Under the pieces are notes generated by a model, which saw only the letters and a list, made by a program, of their open reading frames with translations, made no database searches and had not been told where the DNA came from. From positions 2,976,001 through 3,040,000 of the forward strand of contig JAYWIR010000004.1 in NCBI GenBank assembly GCA_036172245.1: a stretch of 64,000 nt of DNA. The letters are read 5' to 3'. Source of the DNA: Raillietiella orientalis. Its lineage: Eukaryota. Within the stretch, counting starts at the first letter, position 1. Each line of letters starts with the position of its first letter. A program made the translations under genes and the position numbers. Below are positions 1 through 12,800 of this stretch, piece by piece.

Positions 1-210
1 AACGACTGCTGGTGAGGCCAGAAATGTGGGCTCTCCTCCAGAGAGTCATGACTGGGATCTTGTATTGAAGGGCCGCTCTCTGGATGGGTACTCCGTCTTT
101 CACCAGCTGCAAGGCGTTTTGCATCTCCGCTTCCGTCCACTTCCACTTGGACCCATGCCGCGAACGTCCGTATCCAGCTTCGGCTTCTTCGTTCACCTCT
201 ACCCGAGATT
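1..210 (-). CDS. bab: bab-like gene, exon encoding a pipsqueak-type HTH DNA-binding domain (runs off the window edge)
   Basis: Manual minus-strand translation after the acceptor ttaattacAG (212-211): (E)SRVEVNEEAEAGYGRSRHGSKWKWTEAEMQNALQLVKDGVPIQRAALQYKIPVMTLWRRAHISGLTSSR. This fits the Psq HTH pattern and is phase-compatible with the upstream exon. Not called in the ORF track. Confidence 0.85.
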
Positions 211-254
211 CTGTAATTAAAAGAGGTTTCGAAGAAAGCCAACTGGCGATTTAC

Positions 255-363
255 CAGAAATTAATGGTTGATGTATTTGTGACCAACCCAATGCATTCTG
301 CAGCTGAGCCGTGTCGAACAGGTGGCTATTCTCCATCATCTTCACATTCTCCAGCAATTTGGC
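255..363 (-). CDS. bab: bab-like gene, short linker exon (ends at 255, or at an alternative donor ending the exon at 288)
   Basis: Acceptor cccgtttcAG at 365-364, then AKLLENVKMMENSHLFDTAQLQNALGWSQIHQPLIS. It joins the BTB exon in phase 0 to give IKPGIAELIREEER|AKLLEN, the linker motif I recall from Bab proteins (IKPxIAEMIREEERAKM). Two phase-1 donors: GTTGGT at 287 and GTAAAT at 254. Confidence 0.85.
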
Positions 364-837
364 CTGAAACGGGAGGATCATTTGCCGAACACGATATTAT
401 TCCCTTTGCATTCGGATCACAAAAATTACTGGCTTTACGCAATGCTGCGAACAATTCCACAATAAAATCCCGATGGCGGGGAAATTGGGCCTCGCGATTG
501 GCTAGCCTGGTTTTGGGAGGCGATGATGCCATCTTTCACCGTGATAACTTGACCATCGCATTATGTCCATTACGAACGAGGAATTGTACTCGGGAAGAAA
601 AGGAACGCGGAGCTTTCCGTGTAATTTTTCATATGTACTTTTTCTAATAGTGAAATCTGTGGAGACGCCGGCAATCACACATTCCCGGGGAAGTTGAATA
701 CCCCCGCTGAAACGACGAGCCGCAGAAGCGGGATGAAAGAGCACAGGAGATGATGATGACACTTGAGAAGTAATTTCGTCAGATGCAAATTCGAACGTTC
801 GAATTTTCATACATACAAACAGTAACAAGGCAGGGAG

Positions 838-863
838 GAGTGAGTGAGTGAGTGAGTGAGTGA

Positions 864-900
<37 letters not shown>

Positions 901-925
901 CGCGCGCGCGCACGCGTGTGTGCGA
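838..925. repeat. Compound microsatellite (GAGT)n(GT)n(CG)n
   Basis: Directly visible; includes the palindrome gcgtgcgcgcgcgcgcacgc at 896-915. Confidence 0.95.
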
Positions 926-3900
926 GCGTTTTTTTTTTTCCTGCTTTCCAGGAAAGGAACTGATTGTACACACACGACAAATGGGATTTCCGTCGAATTC
1001 GTTCGTACGAAGCCTCTGCAACGTTTTCGCTGCTCCTACAAACGGGAGGGGATGGGGGGGGGGGGAAATGCGAGCAAGCTTCCTCGAGCAGAATCTACGT
1101 ATGTACATTACCGATGGGGGGGGGGGGCGAGGAAGAAGAGGGGGAGGGGGGAGGGAGAGAGAAGTCAAAAAGTAATAAAAAATGCGAGAGCGCTAATCCT
1201 CAATCTTTTTCGATCAATTATTCCATGACTTCTTATTAGCACGTCCCATCTTCCTTAAAACTAATGTGTAACTTAAAGTGTTCCTCATGAAAATTTATAT
1301 CTTGCCGGGATTATTAGCATACACTATACACTATGAGTACAGGTGCGAACACAAAGGATTGGGCTCCTCTTCACTCGGACGCGCCAGGCAAGGAAGCAAA
1401 GAGGAGGAGGAGGAAAGAGAAAAGAAGAAGGAAAAATAATAAAACCCGGAATGAGCTACTTTAAAATCCTCATAATTTTGCAATCAGTGCTTTTCGGTTC
1501 GTACCCTTTTTTACGAGAACTCGAGCTGTTCCCGCGGAGGACTTTCGAAAAGTTTCATTACCCCCCCCCCCCATAAATCGGGTCCACGCATTTTCCACAA
1601 TAAAGTTTTTATCCCACTTTATTTTTCTCCTTCTGGGAGGACGGAATCGAAAATTTTCACCGTCGGCTGCGAAATCAATATTTTCGCGTGGAGACGCCTC
1701 GAATTTATGTTTTCGCAGGAGGACGGCGAAAAGATAAACAGCGCCTCTCGTGCAGGAGTCACGGGGATTATAAAAACACACACAGGGACCGAGCGAAGTG
1801 CTCCAGGATCCTGCTCGCGCGCGTGCACGCGGAAAAGCTTCCTTCCTTCCTGTGTACACGTGTCCCTTCCGAAGAACACACCGTACGGTAACCGAAAGTC
1901 ATTGCAAAAGTTCAGCCGTATCACTCGGCGTCCACAACGCGCACCGAGCCATCATCGGAGCGATATGCTCGGCTTCGTTTCGAAATTCCTTACGAAATAT
2001 TGGAATTATGTACCAAGGAAAATATACAAACCAATCGAAATAAAAGGAGGAGGAGAAAGGGAGGGATAAAAAAAAAAAAGAAAAAAGAAAAAAAGAGGAG
2101 GACTCCATCAGAAGCTGAAGAAGAAAAGTGTTTACAAAGAAGGCTTTACCCCCTCGTTTGTAAGCACCAGAATCATTAAACATCCGCTTTCCATTTGTTC
2201 CTCCCATTTCTATAGACAAACAGTCAGAGGAATATTCAAATAAACAAAAAATTCCTTTTCTGTACACACGGCGCTCCGTACGGCGGGGAGCAGCGAGGCC
2301 GGAGGCTGCTCGAGAGCACACCACCAGCTGCTGCTGCTGCTACACATTAAAGAGTGTCGTCACCGCACTTCCACTCTCCCGCCGACGAGCGCAAAGACAA
2401 AAAGTTGGCCACTGTTAAGTTCGGCCGGGGATCGATGAATGATCTTTTGTGTACCGAAATGCCATCTGCAAATGAAATGCAAAACCTGAATGGATTTCAA
2501 GCGTGAGAACTTCTGTGCTTTTTACTGCAACCCAATTTCCACTGCGCGCGCTCTGCTCCCTCCGACGCTCTCTCGTAAAACACAATGGCGATTTAAAATG
2601 AAGAACGCTTTTTATCGAAACAGCCGTCGTTTCGCAAAAAGGTAGCCATCCAGCCACCCACCCACCCACCCACCCATCCAGAGTGGGTGATGCATTCCGC
2701 TGCTGGGAAGCTGGACGGCTTTCCAGACCTCACACAAATCCCGCCGCCGTCGAGTATGGGAATTTCGACACACGGAAATTATACGGAGCGGAATGCTTGG
2801 AAAATTAAGGTCATCTTCAAATACGTGGATGAGAAATCGGTGGTGGTGGTGGTGCGGTGGTCGTGGTGGTGGTGGTGATGATTGGGGGGGTTCGCGACGC
2901 AGCCATCGACGCTTCGTTGCAGTACACTGAATGCACCGCAGTACCGAACTCGTGTTTTTTTTCCGTTGGCCGATTCATTATGCAAAGAAAAAAGAAGAAG
3001 AAAGAAGAAGAAGAAGAAGAAGAAAAAAAAAACACCTTTGGAGAGACATTCGCAATAACGCGCAAACTCTTGGAAAAATGTTTCCACAGACGGCGGAATT
3101 TATCGTATTACATTAGCATGAGGAGAAAAATTTTTTTTTTTTCAAGGATTCAGCAAACTCAAACAAAGAAAGCACGGGAGACAACATTCGGCTGATCTAC
3201 TTTCGAACAAAAAACGACTTCTGTACGATAGCCGAGCGGAACAGCAAGCGACTGTGCCGGGGCTTGGGGAATGTACAGCTCTGCTGCAACGGGCAACCCG
3301 ACAGCACCGCTCCGGGAAAGGAGGGGGGGGGGGAAATGAAAATCATGATGATGATGACGACGACGATGATAAATAAGTAAATAAATAAAGGAAAAGCGAT
3401 GCAGGCTCGCCTACCCCAACACGGGAGGGGAGAAATGGGTGGACTTCACAAGGAAATCGCATGTGCCGCAGTTTTTCCTGGTTTTATTGCATTCGGCTGA
3501 TATGCAGCAGCAGCAGCAGCAGCAGCATCATACGGTACGCCCCAAAAGTAAAGAAACGGCGCGGTTCGGGAACCATCCACACAAGAAGAGCACACTCGCA
3601 ATTTATTGACTTTCGCGGAGAGTGCCCGTATGCAAATGCCCCTTTAACTTTGGTGATTGTCAGAATTAAATCAAAATATCAAAATGGTTTCAGGATGCAA
3701 TTAAGGTTCCCTCGAAATGAGTAATATCATTTGCATGCTGGATCCACTGTGGCGAACACACAATTGAACACCCTATCGATCTTGCGCTTCTCCTGCACAC
3801 ACACACACACACACATACACACATACTCGCCTCCCGAGAGGCAAGAGTTGCAGCCGATAAGGTTCCCAATACACTTGCTCGTCGCCGCCTCCAGTGTACA

Positions 3901-5167
3901 CAGACGGCAGACTGTTCACGAATTCATGTGAATGCTTTTCCTCGGAAAACTAATCTTACGATCATTAATAATAGCAAATTAAAATTCAAGCTTCGAATCG
4001 GACCAAACGTATTCCGATTTTTATTACCTGGCCTTTTTTATCAGTTGCGCCTTGGCAACCCCGGCCAGCAAGCAGCAGCAAACTGTACCAGGACGCCGTA
4101 CGGGAACGCTTTGATGCTTGACCAGAGGCCTTTTTCCTGTTCCGGCACGTAAGACGATTTCGCCGAACGCCATGCTTGCAACGAGATCTATACTATGAAT
4201 ACGTATACGCATCTCACTGAGATGCGCTGCAATGGTGAGCGCATAGGCGGCTAAGAAAACCGAAGAGTGGACCGGGCAAATCCGGAGAGGGGGGGAAAAA
4301 ATAAAAATAAAAAATAAAGTTGCATTGTTTTTTACTTTTATTTTGGATACGTGGCTCTCCCTCTCTCTCTTTCTCTCACACCCACCCACCCACACCCACA
4401 GTGTAAAGCACAGGAACAGAGGGCGAAAGCTCGAGGACTCTCGAGGCTATATACTTGTACGGGTTTTCGACGAAATTTACTCATCAATTAACACCGGAAA
4501 TGCTATCCATACTCTATACGCTTATTTGGGAAATATGAGGCTGAAATCGGAGACGTTGACGATAATCGCTTGCAATTACTATTTCCTCGTGGTCGGTCAT
4601 GTGTACGCGTCTATTATATCTGAATGTATATTACTGCCATTATGTGCACGTACATTTTCGGGAAAATGATACTCAACAGTTCGACTATCGATTTTTCGAA
4701 ACGGATGCGAAAAGCGCTCGTAAGCTGCTGCTGCTGCAGACGTGCAAACACGGAACACAAATGAATTCCGAAGAAGCCCGAGAACAAACCTGAAATTTTT
4801 TTTTTTTTTATATATATATATATATCATAGGAAACGTCCCAGCTGGCATTTAATGAATGATTGCAAACTTAAATGATTTTGCATCAATTATGAATCACTA
4901 TCAATCCAAGCCGGGATTCTGGAAAGAAGTTCAACATTCCATCAGGCGTGCCAGCCTCTCTAATCAGCATGTATCGCGTCGAGGCCAACATACGAAATCC
5001 AACTCAAGTGATGATGGCAATGCACGTGCGACGAACGTGCACAAATACAAAAACTCAGTACGGTACACAAAATAGCATAGTACATGAAATTTCACGCTGG
5101 GGCTCTCTCTCTCCACGCTCGGTTGGGTAAAAAACCAACTCGTCCAAACGTGGCTGGTTTTACTTAC

Positions 5168-5920
5168 TCTTTCCTCCTCACGTATCAGTTCAGCAATTCC
5201 GGGCTTTATATCCGAATCGTCAGTGAGTCTTTGGTCTGGCAGACTAGATGGAGTATTTGAAGGAGTAGGGGTGTTTGTAGGAGATGGATTGGGAGTGGAT
5301 AAGGATACCCGTGTCAAGGTGGAATCGGGATGGATATGAGGTGTAGTGAGATCAGGTTGAGTTGGCGCTATGTGCACCACTGAAGGTATGTCTGTAGAGG
5401 GAACATCCACCGACGCCTCGATGAACTCTGGACCACCAGTGCTCTCACCATCAGCAGAATAGTGCCGGCGTCTGCGCCGCGGTCCACTGATCTCGACGTT
5501 AGGAGCCAGGTGCGTGGTCCAAGTCTTTTCGTCGGAAGGAGAATCTTCATCGCTTCGCACTTCGGCCAGGCCTCTTACACGCAATGCTTCGGCAACGCGC
5601 AACAGTGATGGAATCTGTTCTTGGGATACGTTAATCTCTCCACGGTACATGAACTCGACTATGGGTTTCAGTTCAGAGAAACGAACGTCTTGCAGTATTA
5701 CGATAGGATGCTGGCATGGGTTGTCGAAGAGCAGTGCTTGAAAGTACGGTGAGCAGGCCGACAACACCATCTTGTGACACTTGAGAGAGCGTCCATCGCA
5801 TGCGAGAGTTACATCAACAAATGCTTCGTTCTGTAGCAGTTGATCAAATACGCTAGTTAGGTTCGACTGATAATTGTTCCAGCGCAGACAGAATTGCTGC
5901 TGTTGCTGTTGGCAACTCAT
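5168..5920 (-). CDS. bab: bric-a-brac-like BTB/POZ (ttk-type) transcription factor, first coding exon
   Basis: QQFCLRWNNYQSNLTSVFDQLLQNEAFVDVTLACDGRSLKCHKMVLSACSPYF...MYRGEINVSQEQIPSLLRVAEALRVRGLAEV is a Bab-type BTB domain. The exon ends at AGA|GTAAGT (donor at 5167). The ORF-track tail VSKTSH... is intron read-through. Confidence 0.93.
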
Positions 5921-5995
5921 ATCTTGAGGTCTACCTCAACAAGGCAAACACGTGGGGTAACACGATGCGGCACACAAACTCGGTTCAGATGCTCT
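5921..5995 (-). other. bab: 5'UTR portion of the BTB exon
   Basis: Polypyrimidine tract and acceptor ttgtttcttttAG at 5997-5996, with a branch-like CTGAT about 20 nt upstream. Confidence 0.65.
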
Positions 5996-6107
5996 CTAAA
6001 AGAAACAAGCATGCAATCAGATTGTTGACATACGTATGGAACAACAACACATTTTTGTATGACCCACATGAGACAAAAAAAAAAAAAAAAATAGGGAGGA
6101 GGGGAAC

Positions 6108-6151
<44 letters not shown>

Positions 6152-6495
6152 CGCACTGAAACTGAAACAAAATATGGCCCAAGGAATTCAAAACACGGGT
6201 AGCCGCACCGTTTCAACAGGAGGCACATCTTTCAACAGCATAAAAAAAAAAAAAATACAGGGGTGGTGGTGGTGGTGGTGGTGGTGGTGATGAAAAACTT
6301 GCAAATTTTTGCACATTGGAAAAAATAAATAAATGAATTTTCCGCACGGTGCAGGCAAAAAAAAAAAAAAAAACCGAATGCTGGAAAAAAGGAAAAAAAT
6401 TTTTTTCCTCGCACACACCGTTTCCACGGCGGCTCCTCTACCGAACAGCACCACCGAATCACGGTACATATGTTTTCATCCAAGAAATTACTTAC

Positions 6496-6605
6496 TGCAA
6501 GAACGTCACTTGAAGCACACACACACACACACACACACACACTGTGTCACCAAGGAAGACGACGGTGGGAGCTCGAAATGAACACACACACAACACGTAC
6601 ACTGA
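6496..6605 (-). promoter_or_regulatory. Candidate TSS (Inr-like TCAGT) and non-coding first exon of the bab-like gene
   Basis: Minus-strand TCAGTG at 6605-6600 is followed about 108 nt later by a consensus donor GCA|GTAAGT (6495-6490). This would give a 500-nt intron to the 5996 acceptor. Confidence 0.45.
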
Positions 6606-7289
6606 GCAGGCACACAATGCACGCACAATTACGACAATTAAGGCTTTGCCAATTGATACGGATGTGAGCCATCGTGGACGCAGTGTCAGAATGGAGAGGC
6701 AGAGTGGATAGGAAAGTGAGAATATTTACAATCCCGTCGGACGCCTGGTCCAACTGAGACAATGCCAGCGTTCGGCATCAAAACGAAATCCTATGCATAA
6801 AACGCCAAGAAGAACGAGGAGGAGGAGGAGGAGGAAGGAAAGGAAGGAAGGAAGGAAGGAAGAAGAAAAGGAAGAAAAAAGCCCTCCTTCTCCGCATGCA
6901 CGTTTACGACTGCTTCAACCGCAAGCGTGCCGACACGCCTCGGTCGCACACAACCTAGCCTCAATGATCAGCGTCTTCAGAAGCTGAATGAAACGAGAAT
7001 TTGCGAAAGGTTAAGTAGCGAATCAGCTGCCGCTCGCACGGTTAAAAAAAAATTTTTTGCTCGCCTACACCATGAAGCAGTTCGTAGTACGCTACCGTAC
7101 TCTACGCCAATTATGCGAGAAACGAGAGTACGCAAGCAAGCGAGGATTCGTGTGCATGTACAACACAAGCCACTCGACTCACCATAATACACCAAAATAA
7201 AAAATTTCGGAACGCACACAGCCATTTACAGCAGGAACAAGCAGAATGGGGAGGGCGGGGGGGGAGGGGAGGGGAAGGAAAAAAGAAAA

Positions 7290-7368
7290 AAAGGAAGGAA
7301 GGAAGGAAGGAAGGAAGGAAGGAAAGAAAGAGAGGGAGAGAGAGAGAGAGAGAGAGAAAAAAAAAAAG
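7290..7368. repeat. Polypurine compound repeat (GAAG)n(GA)n(A)n
   Basis: Directly visible. Confidence 0.9.
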
Positions 7369-7946
7369 ATATGTGATGCAGGAACAAGGAATCACAAAAA
7401 CCTACCAGATGTTTTCACTACCGCAAGCGGCCGCTGCCAATGTACTACACGACTGCGGGCTCGGCGAGGCCATTATAATATTATATCATAATACATGTTA
7501 GAGAATATCGTGGCTGGGGACGGTTCAGCTACCAATGATTCAGCGCCAAACAAACATACGCTCTCGCGTCACCTCTCTCTCTGCTCTCCGTAACCTCGGC
7601 TCCTCCGTCATGCTTAAAATAAAGATAAATTTATATTACATGTGCGCATGTAAGGGGAAAACTTACGAAGGGGAGTTTCCCAGAAAATGAATCTGTATTA
7701 TGCATAATGTATGTTTATTGATTTATTGATGGGTTCTGGGTTCATTCCGTATGCGATGTTTATATTTATATTATTTCGCAGGGGAATTTTTAATCCACTT
7801 TCGAAAAGGAAAAAAAAAAAAAAAAAGAGAGAGAGAGAGAGAGAAGGAAAAAAGTGTGATGGCGGATGCACAACATGCACTCGCAGGAACGACACGAAAT
7901 TTGCTAAAAGGATGCGGGAAATTAAAATGGTGAGCGAAAATTCCGG

Positions 7947-7958
7947 GGCGCATGCGCC
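7947..7958. promoter_or_regulatory. NRF1/Erect-wing-like palindrome GGCGCATGCGCC
   Basis: Perfect 12-bp palindrome upstream of the bab-like gene. Motif match only. Confidence 0.3.
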
Positions 7959-9139
7959 GCTCTGGCGACAACACTGCCTTCCGCTCTTCTCCAGCAAACG
8001 CGCCTTCTCCCATATTTTTGAAAGGGGGGGGGGGGGTGGGGAGGGGAGAGAGAAGGAAATAAATAAATAAATAAAATAAGAATCGCCAGCGCCTTCGTGC
8101 AAACGGCGACCACGAGTGCCTGCTTCAAGAGCCTACGACCACCAATCACCAGACACAAAAACTTAAGAATGAAGCCTACTCCAAAAACACACACACACAT
8201 TCACACGCACTCACGCAATGTAACGCAGTTTATCATACAAATATGCAAACACACAATTTCCGACTTTCCGTCCCCCCCAAAGAAACCACCCACCCACCCA
8301 CCCACCCACACATTCGATATTAAAACACTTTTTAAGGATTCCGCCAAACGTTTTTTTTTTTTTTTTTTATAATAACCGAACTTGCTAAGGAATAAATGCC
8401 AACAGAAACATGCACTTTGGCTTGAAAAAGAGAGAGTGAGAGAGGAAAAAAAAAAAAAAAAAAACTACCTACATACTGCATGTATAAATCGATGATGCAT
8501 CAGTAAGCCCTACGACACAAGTATGGGAATTTCTTTCTTTTTAAATAAAAAAACATGATTATGCCTCCCTTACGTAGCCATGATCACCCAGCTTTTTTTT
8601 TTTTTTTTTTACATATACATATGTACAATACCTCACACATGGGAAAAGGCAATTTCATTCAAATCATCTCCACTTAATGCAGTTTCAAATTTAAAAATAT
8701 CCACAAGCAGAAGAGCACTGATTCTGGCTACATGAAGAAGGCACGCTGCAGCATTACGGACCAAACATTATTATTATTATCATTATTACTATTACTTGGC
8801 GCCATAATCCACAAGCACCTTACTTACTAATCAGTAAACAAGTTATTAATGCTTCGTGCGAATGGGAAATGCTTATCGCACGGTACAGCACACGGCACGT
8901 TTATTTTATTTTCCCTTACGTTACTCACACGCGATCCAAGTGTGCAGGGTCTGTCCCTGTTTTGAAATCATCCGTACTTATAATCAACACGAAATTAAAA
9001 AATTGTACAAGCGCCGCATCACGGAAGCAGCAGCATGCACGTTGCAGACCATGCCCGCACACTTTAAATGACAAACAAAACGACGGCACGGATCTATTAT
9101 TTATCAGGAAAATACGTAATTCCCACATGCCCCCTTGCA

Positions 9140-9149
9140 CTCACTCACT

Positions 9150-9208
<59 letters not shown>

Positions 9209-9395
9209 ACGCACGCACGCACGCACGCATGCATGCATCCATCCATCCATCCGTATATATATATATTTATATATATACATACATACATATATATATGCAC
9301 CTACACAGAAACATAATCTCCGTAAACATACATACATATATACTTATACACACGCAAATCGTGTGTGTATGTACATATATATCTATATATATCTA
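9140..9395. repeat. Compound microsatellite (AC)n(AT)n(GCAC)n(CATC)n
   Basis: Directly visible. Confidence 0.95.
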
Positions 9396-9600
9396 CCTTC
9401 AATATTGCATACCTTTTGCACAGCTAACGTACCCCTCTTTTTCCCCTGCAGCGTCGATCCATTGTTCTAAATTCAAAACTTTACATTTCCAAAACTACCT
9501 CTCCCCTAAACATGGAATCGTCCTATTGTAAATATTCCGAAAAATAAATAGCTGCAATTTAAAGCTTCATAATGCAATGCCCCGCCGAATGTGATGCTGG

Positions 9601-9816
9601 CGTTGCCATGGCAACGAGGAATTAAATCTGTTTAAAGCTAATATATAAAATTACCGAGGATAAGGGGAATAACGCTGCATTGCCCACTGTGCGCACAGAT
9701 AAAAACCCGGGCGGACCAATCACAGCCAAAGTTTGAAAATAATAAAAGGCTCGGTTTATACCATAACGGTAATTCATATTTTTGGGGAGTAAACATTAAC
9801 AACACACGTGACGTCA
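9601..9816. promoter_or_regulatory. Cluster of TF motifs (candidate enhancer or alternative promoter)
   Basis: 16-bp palindrome CGTTGCCATGGCAACG (RFX X-box, 9601-9616); GGGCGG (9709-9714); CCAAT (9716-9720); GTAAACA forkhead site (9789-9795); overlapping CACGTG/TGACGTCA (9805-9816). Confidence 0.55.
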
Positions 9817-12800
9817 AAATGAGTGTTCCCGTACCTTCGAAATTGCGCATAAAATTCGAAGCTTGGATATTCATATTAGCTCGGCTGGATCATTAAACGG
9901 TTATAGTCTTTGTTTTAATCATACGAGTATAAACATTTTCCTTTTTATATTCGTACAGCACACTTCGCGAAGACAGGGGAAGAAAAAAGAGAGAGAGAAA
10001 AAAAAAAAAACCAACTGCGGTGCGTGCGTGCGCGTGTGTGTGTGTGTTTTGCAAGAATTAAAAGAGAGGCAGATCCCTGGAGTGGGTACGGGTCCCAACG
10101 AAAAAGTGCGACCACGTTCTCAAATCCGCAAAGAGTGGGTTGCAATACTTTGGTCACTAGTAGGCAGCGGCCTAGCCTTCCACGCAAACTTGTCATCTAT
10201 CAGCATGCCCTTCATTAATTGAATTCCAGTAGTCGCAGATTGGGAATAAAACTGAAATTTTGAAGCGCTGGCATTCTTGCATGCATGCATGTATTTTTTT
10301 TTTTTTGTTTTTTGTTTTTTTTTTTCCTTTTGCGTGTGCACGGGCACATTTTTCTTTTTTTTCCTTTTTCTTATCCCCCTTTCCCTCCCTCTTCCTCCTC
10401 GTACGTACACACACAAGAGACGAGCACGTAAATTGCTGTGTATCTGTACAGACACAAACAGAAACAGCTTTTCCTTAGTTATCCGCGCGCGCGATTGAAT
10501 GGGGAGGGGAGGGGGAGAGGGAAGAAAAGCCAAAAAAAAAAACAAAACAAAACAAGGCTGTGCGTTTTTTCCGCTCGTGTCCTCCCCAAACACCGTGACA
10601 CACCCAGCAACCACCACCACCACCACCATCACCACCACCATCCGAGCCTCACATGAGGGGAGCCGCGGCAACCCCCAGTACAACGCACAGGAGATGAACC
10701 GAAAATTCGTGAGCAACACCGCGATGATTGCGACTTACATCTTAATACTTACTATCTTCTGCTTCGGTACTTCCTTTTGCACTGAGTGCCGAGCATCCCC
10801 AAACAGCAAATTTGAGCGCCTTGCTACGTTTCACCGTGAAATTTGCGATCTTTCTCTTATGCAGAACAATGATAAAGAGAGCATATAGTTTTGGACCAAT
10901 CAGATCATACGTCATAATAATTCCGCCATTGATTAATGGAAATGTTTTCTAATGACAACGGCCGTGCCACGGATAAGTTTTGTGAAAATAACACTGTTTA
11001 AAATTCGAACACAATGGAGTGCATTGACCTCCGTCTTTTCACTTTAAACAGAGAAGAGGGAGGAAAAGAGAAAAGAAAACGAGAAAACATCTCCCTCACA
11101 AAGAAAATTACAGTGTACACATTTTTTTTTTTTTTCTTTTCATTCTCCCTCTTCTCTGCAGCATCGAGGAAACTGCAACGGAAAACTCACACACACACAC
11201 ACACACACACACACGTTGCATATCATCTGCTCACGAGTTTGCCGCGCTGCTCCGATAAAGTGTGCGGTGGCCGCAAAACGGCTTCCATCACTCATTAGAC
11301 TTTCATCGGAAGGTTCCCGGGGCCTGCCCGGTCCCCAAGATGCCCCACCCGGACGGGCAATATACCACATGGCATCAAAGACGTGTTTTGCCACCGCTGC
11401 CTCGGTGGATTTTTATGAAACCCCCGCGCGTGCAGGGCGAGCCACGGGCGCCGAGGAAGAAGAGAGGCTTAGTTAGATGTGGTCCACGAGCACGTTAGAA
11501 ATTTGCATTTCTAATATCAATTTATTGCCTTAACACACACACATTACAGACTCAGTCGATACACCATCTGCTTGGGAGGAGAGTTCAATGCCCAATAAGT
11601 AAGACTTTGTTTATCGTTTGGAACTGTTTGCTTCCACGCGGCCGAGCGCTTATTTACATATAATATAAAATACCATTTTTAGATTGACTGCGAAAGCTGG
11701 AAAAAACAGGCAACAACATTTTGACTGGAGTCTGGAGGGTGAAGAGAAGAAGAAGAAGAAGAAGAAAGAGGAAAGAATAATTGTATTATTTCCTATCCGT
11801 CTCGGATTCGAGGCTCGTCTTCGGCCCCCACCGCCACCACAAGAAAGGAAAAAAAATGTCGAAATCTTTAGACGCAACACGAATTTCGGCAACCAGTGAG
11901 TGTATATTGTGTCCGTGTGCGTGTGTTTTCGAGTCTGCAAGATCCTGTGCTGTGCATTCTCGAAGGAGGAAAAAAAAAAGAAAAAAAAAAATCACGCTGC
12001 GTAGTAATAAGGAAAAGTTTCAAAACATGGTAGGAGATGCCTGTGATTTATTTCAACTCATTCGAAAGCGTCGTATGCAAAAAGCGAGCTCCACGAACGA
12101 GCGTTCTTCGTGGGTTGATGTCTGTTCCACCTGATTGCCTTAGTGAAAATAATCACCCATTCATTATGGTATTGTACGCACTTCCCGCTTGCTGCCCCGA
12201 AGAGAGACGTCGGGCGGAATTTCTTGTCGAGTAATTTACATTACATACGATGGAACGCTTCGTCCAAGGCGGTAAGGCGTGTGCAGTTTGCCGATGCACT
12301 TTGCCGAAACCCTGCTCCGTGTGCAGACGCACCGGAGGGGAGGCTGCGGGGGAGAGGCTGTCTTCCGTGGTTCCAACGACAATCCGCTCATGGAGGAGGA
12401 GGGCTTGGCGTACGCAGCCCTGGCGTACGTCCGTACATGTTCATCCGTTTGCTGGAATTCTGTGCATGCCGAGATGTGTGTCGCCTGCTTAAGACAAGTC
12501 CAGGCTCGTGCGAGCCGAGGGAAGGTGTGAACGGACAGAGGAAAACGCCAAGGAAGGGAACAGAGAGAGGGGGAAAAAGGGAGGGGAAGGGGGGGGGAAG
12601 AAACGGATCCACCGCCGCTGCAGTAGTATCGACGAGGGGTGCTCGACACGTCACACGGAACACGCACACGGGGACCCCAGCAAATGGACCCAACGGCGGC
12701 GGTGGCTGGCAGCGTGCACAAGAACGCTGGCGTGTTTCTGGAACAGTGATGCGTAGGTGCTCCTCCTTGGCGCAAGTGGACATGCGAAGAAGGTCTGTGA

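Noticed and set aside
84..647. 187-aa plus-strand ORF
   Set aside because: Antisense shadow of the bab exons with no recognisable motifs.
4964..5167. C-terminal 67 aa of the 318-aa BTB ORF
   Set aside because: Follows a consensus GTAAGT donor; the conserved protein motif continues in the exon at 363.
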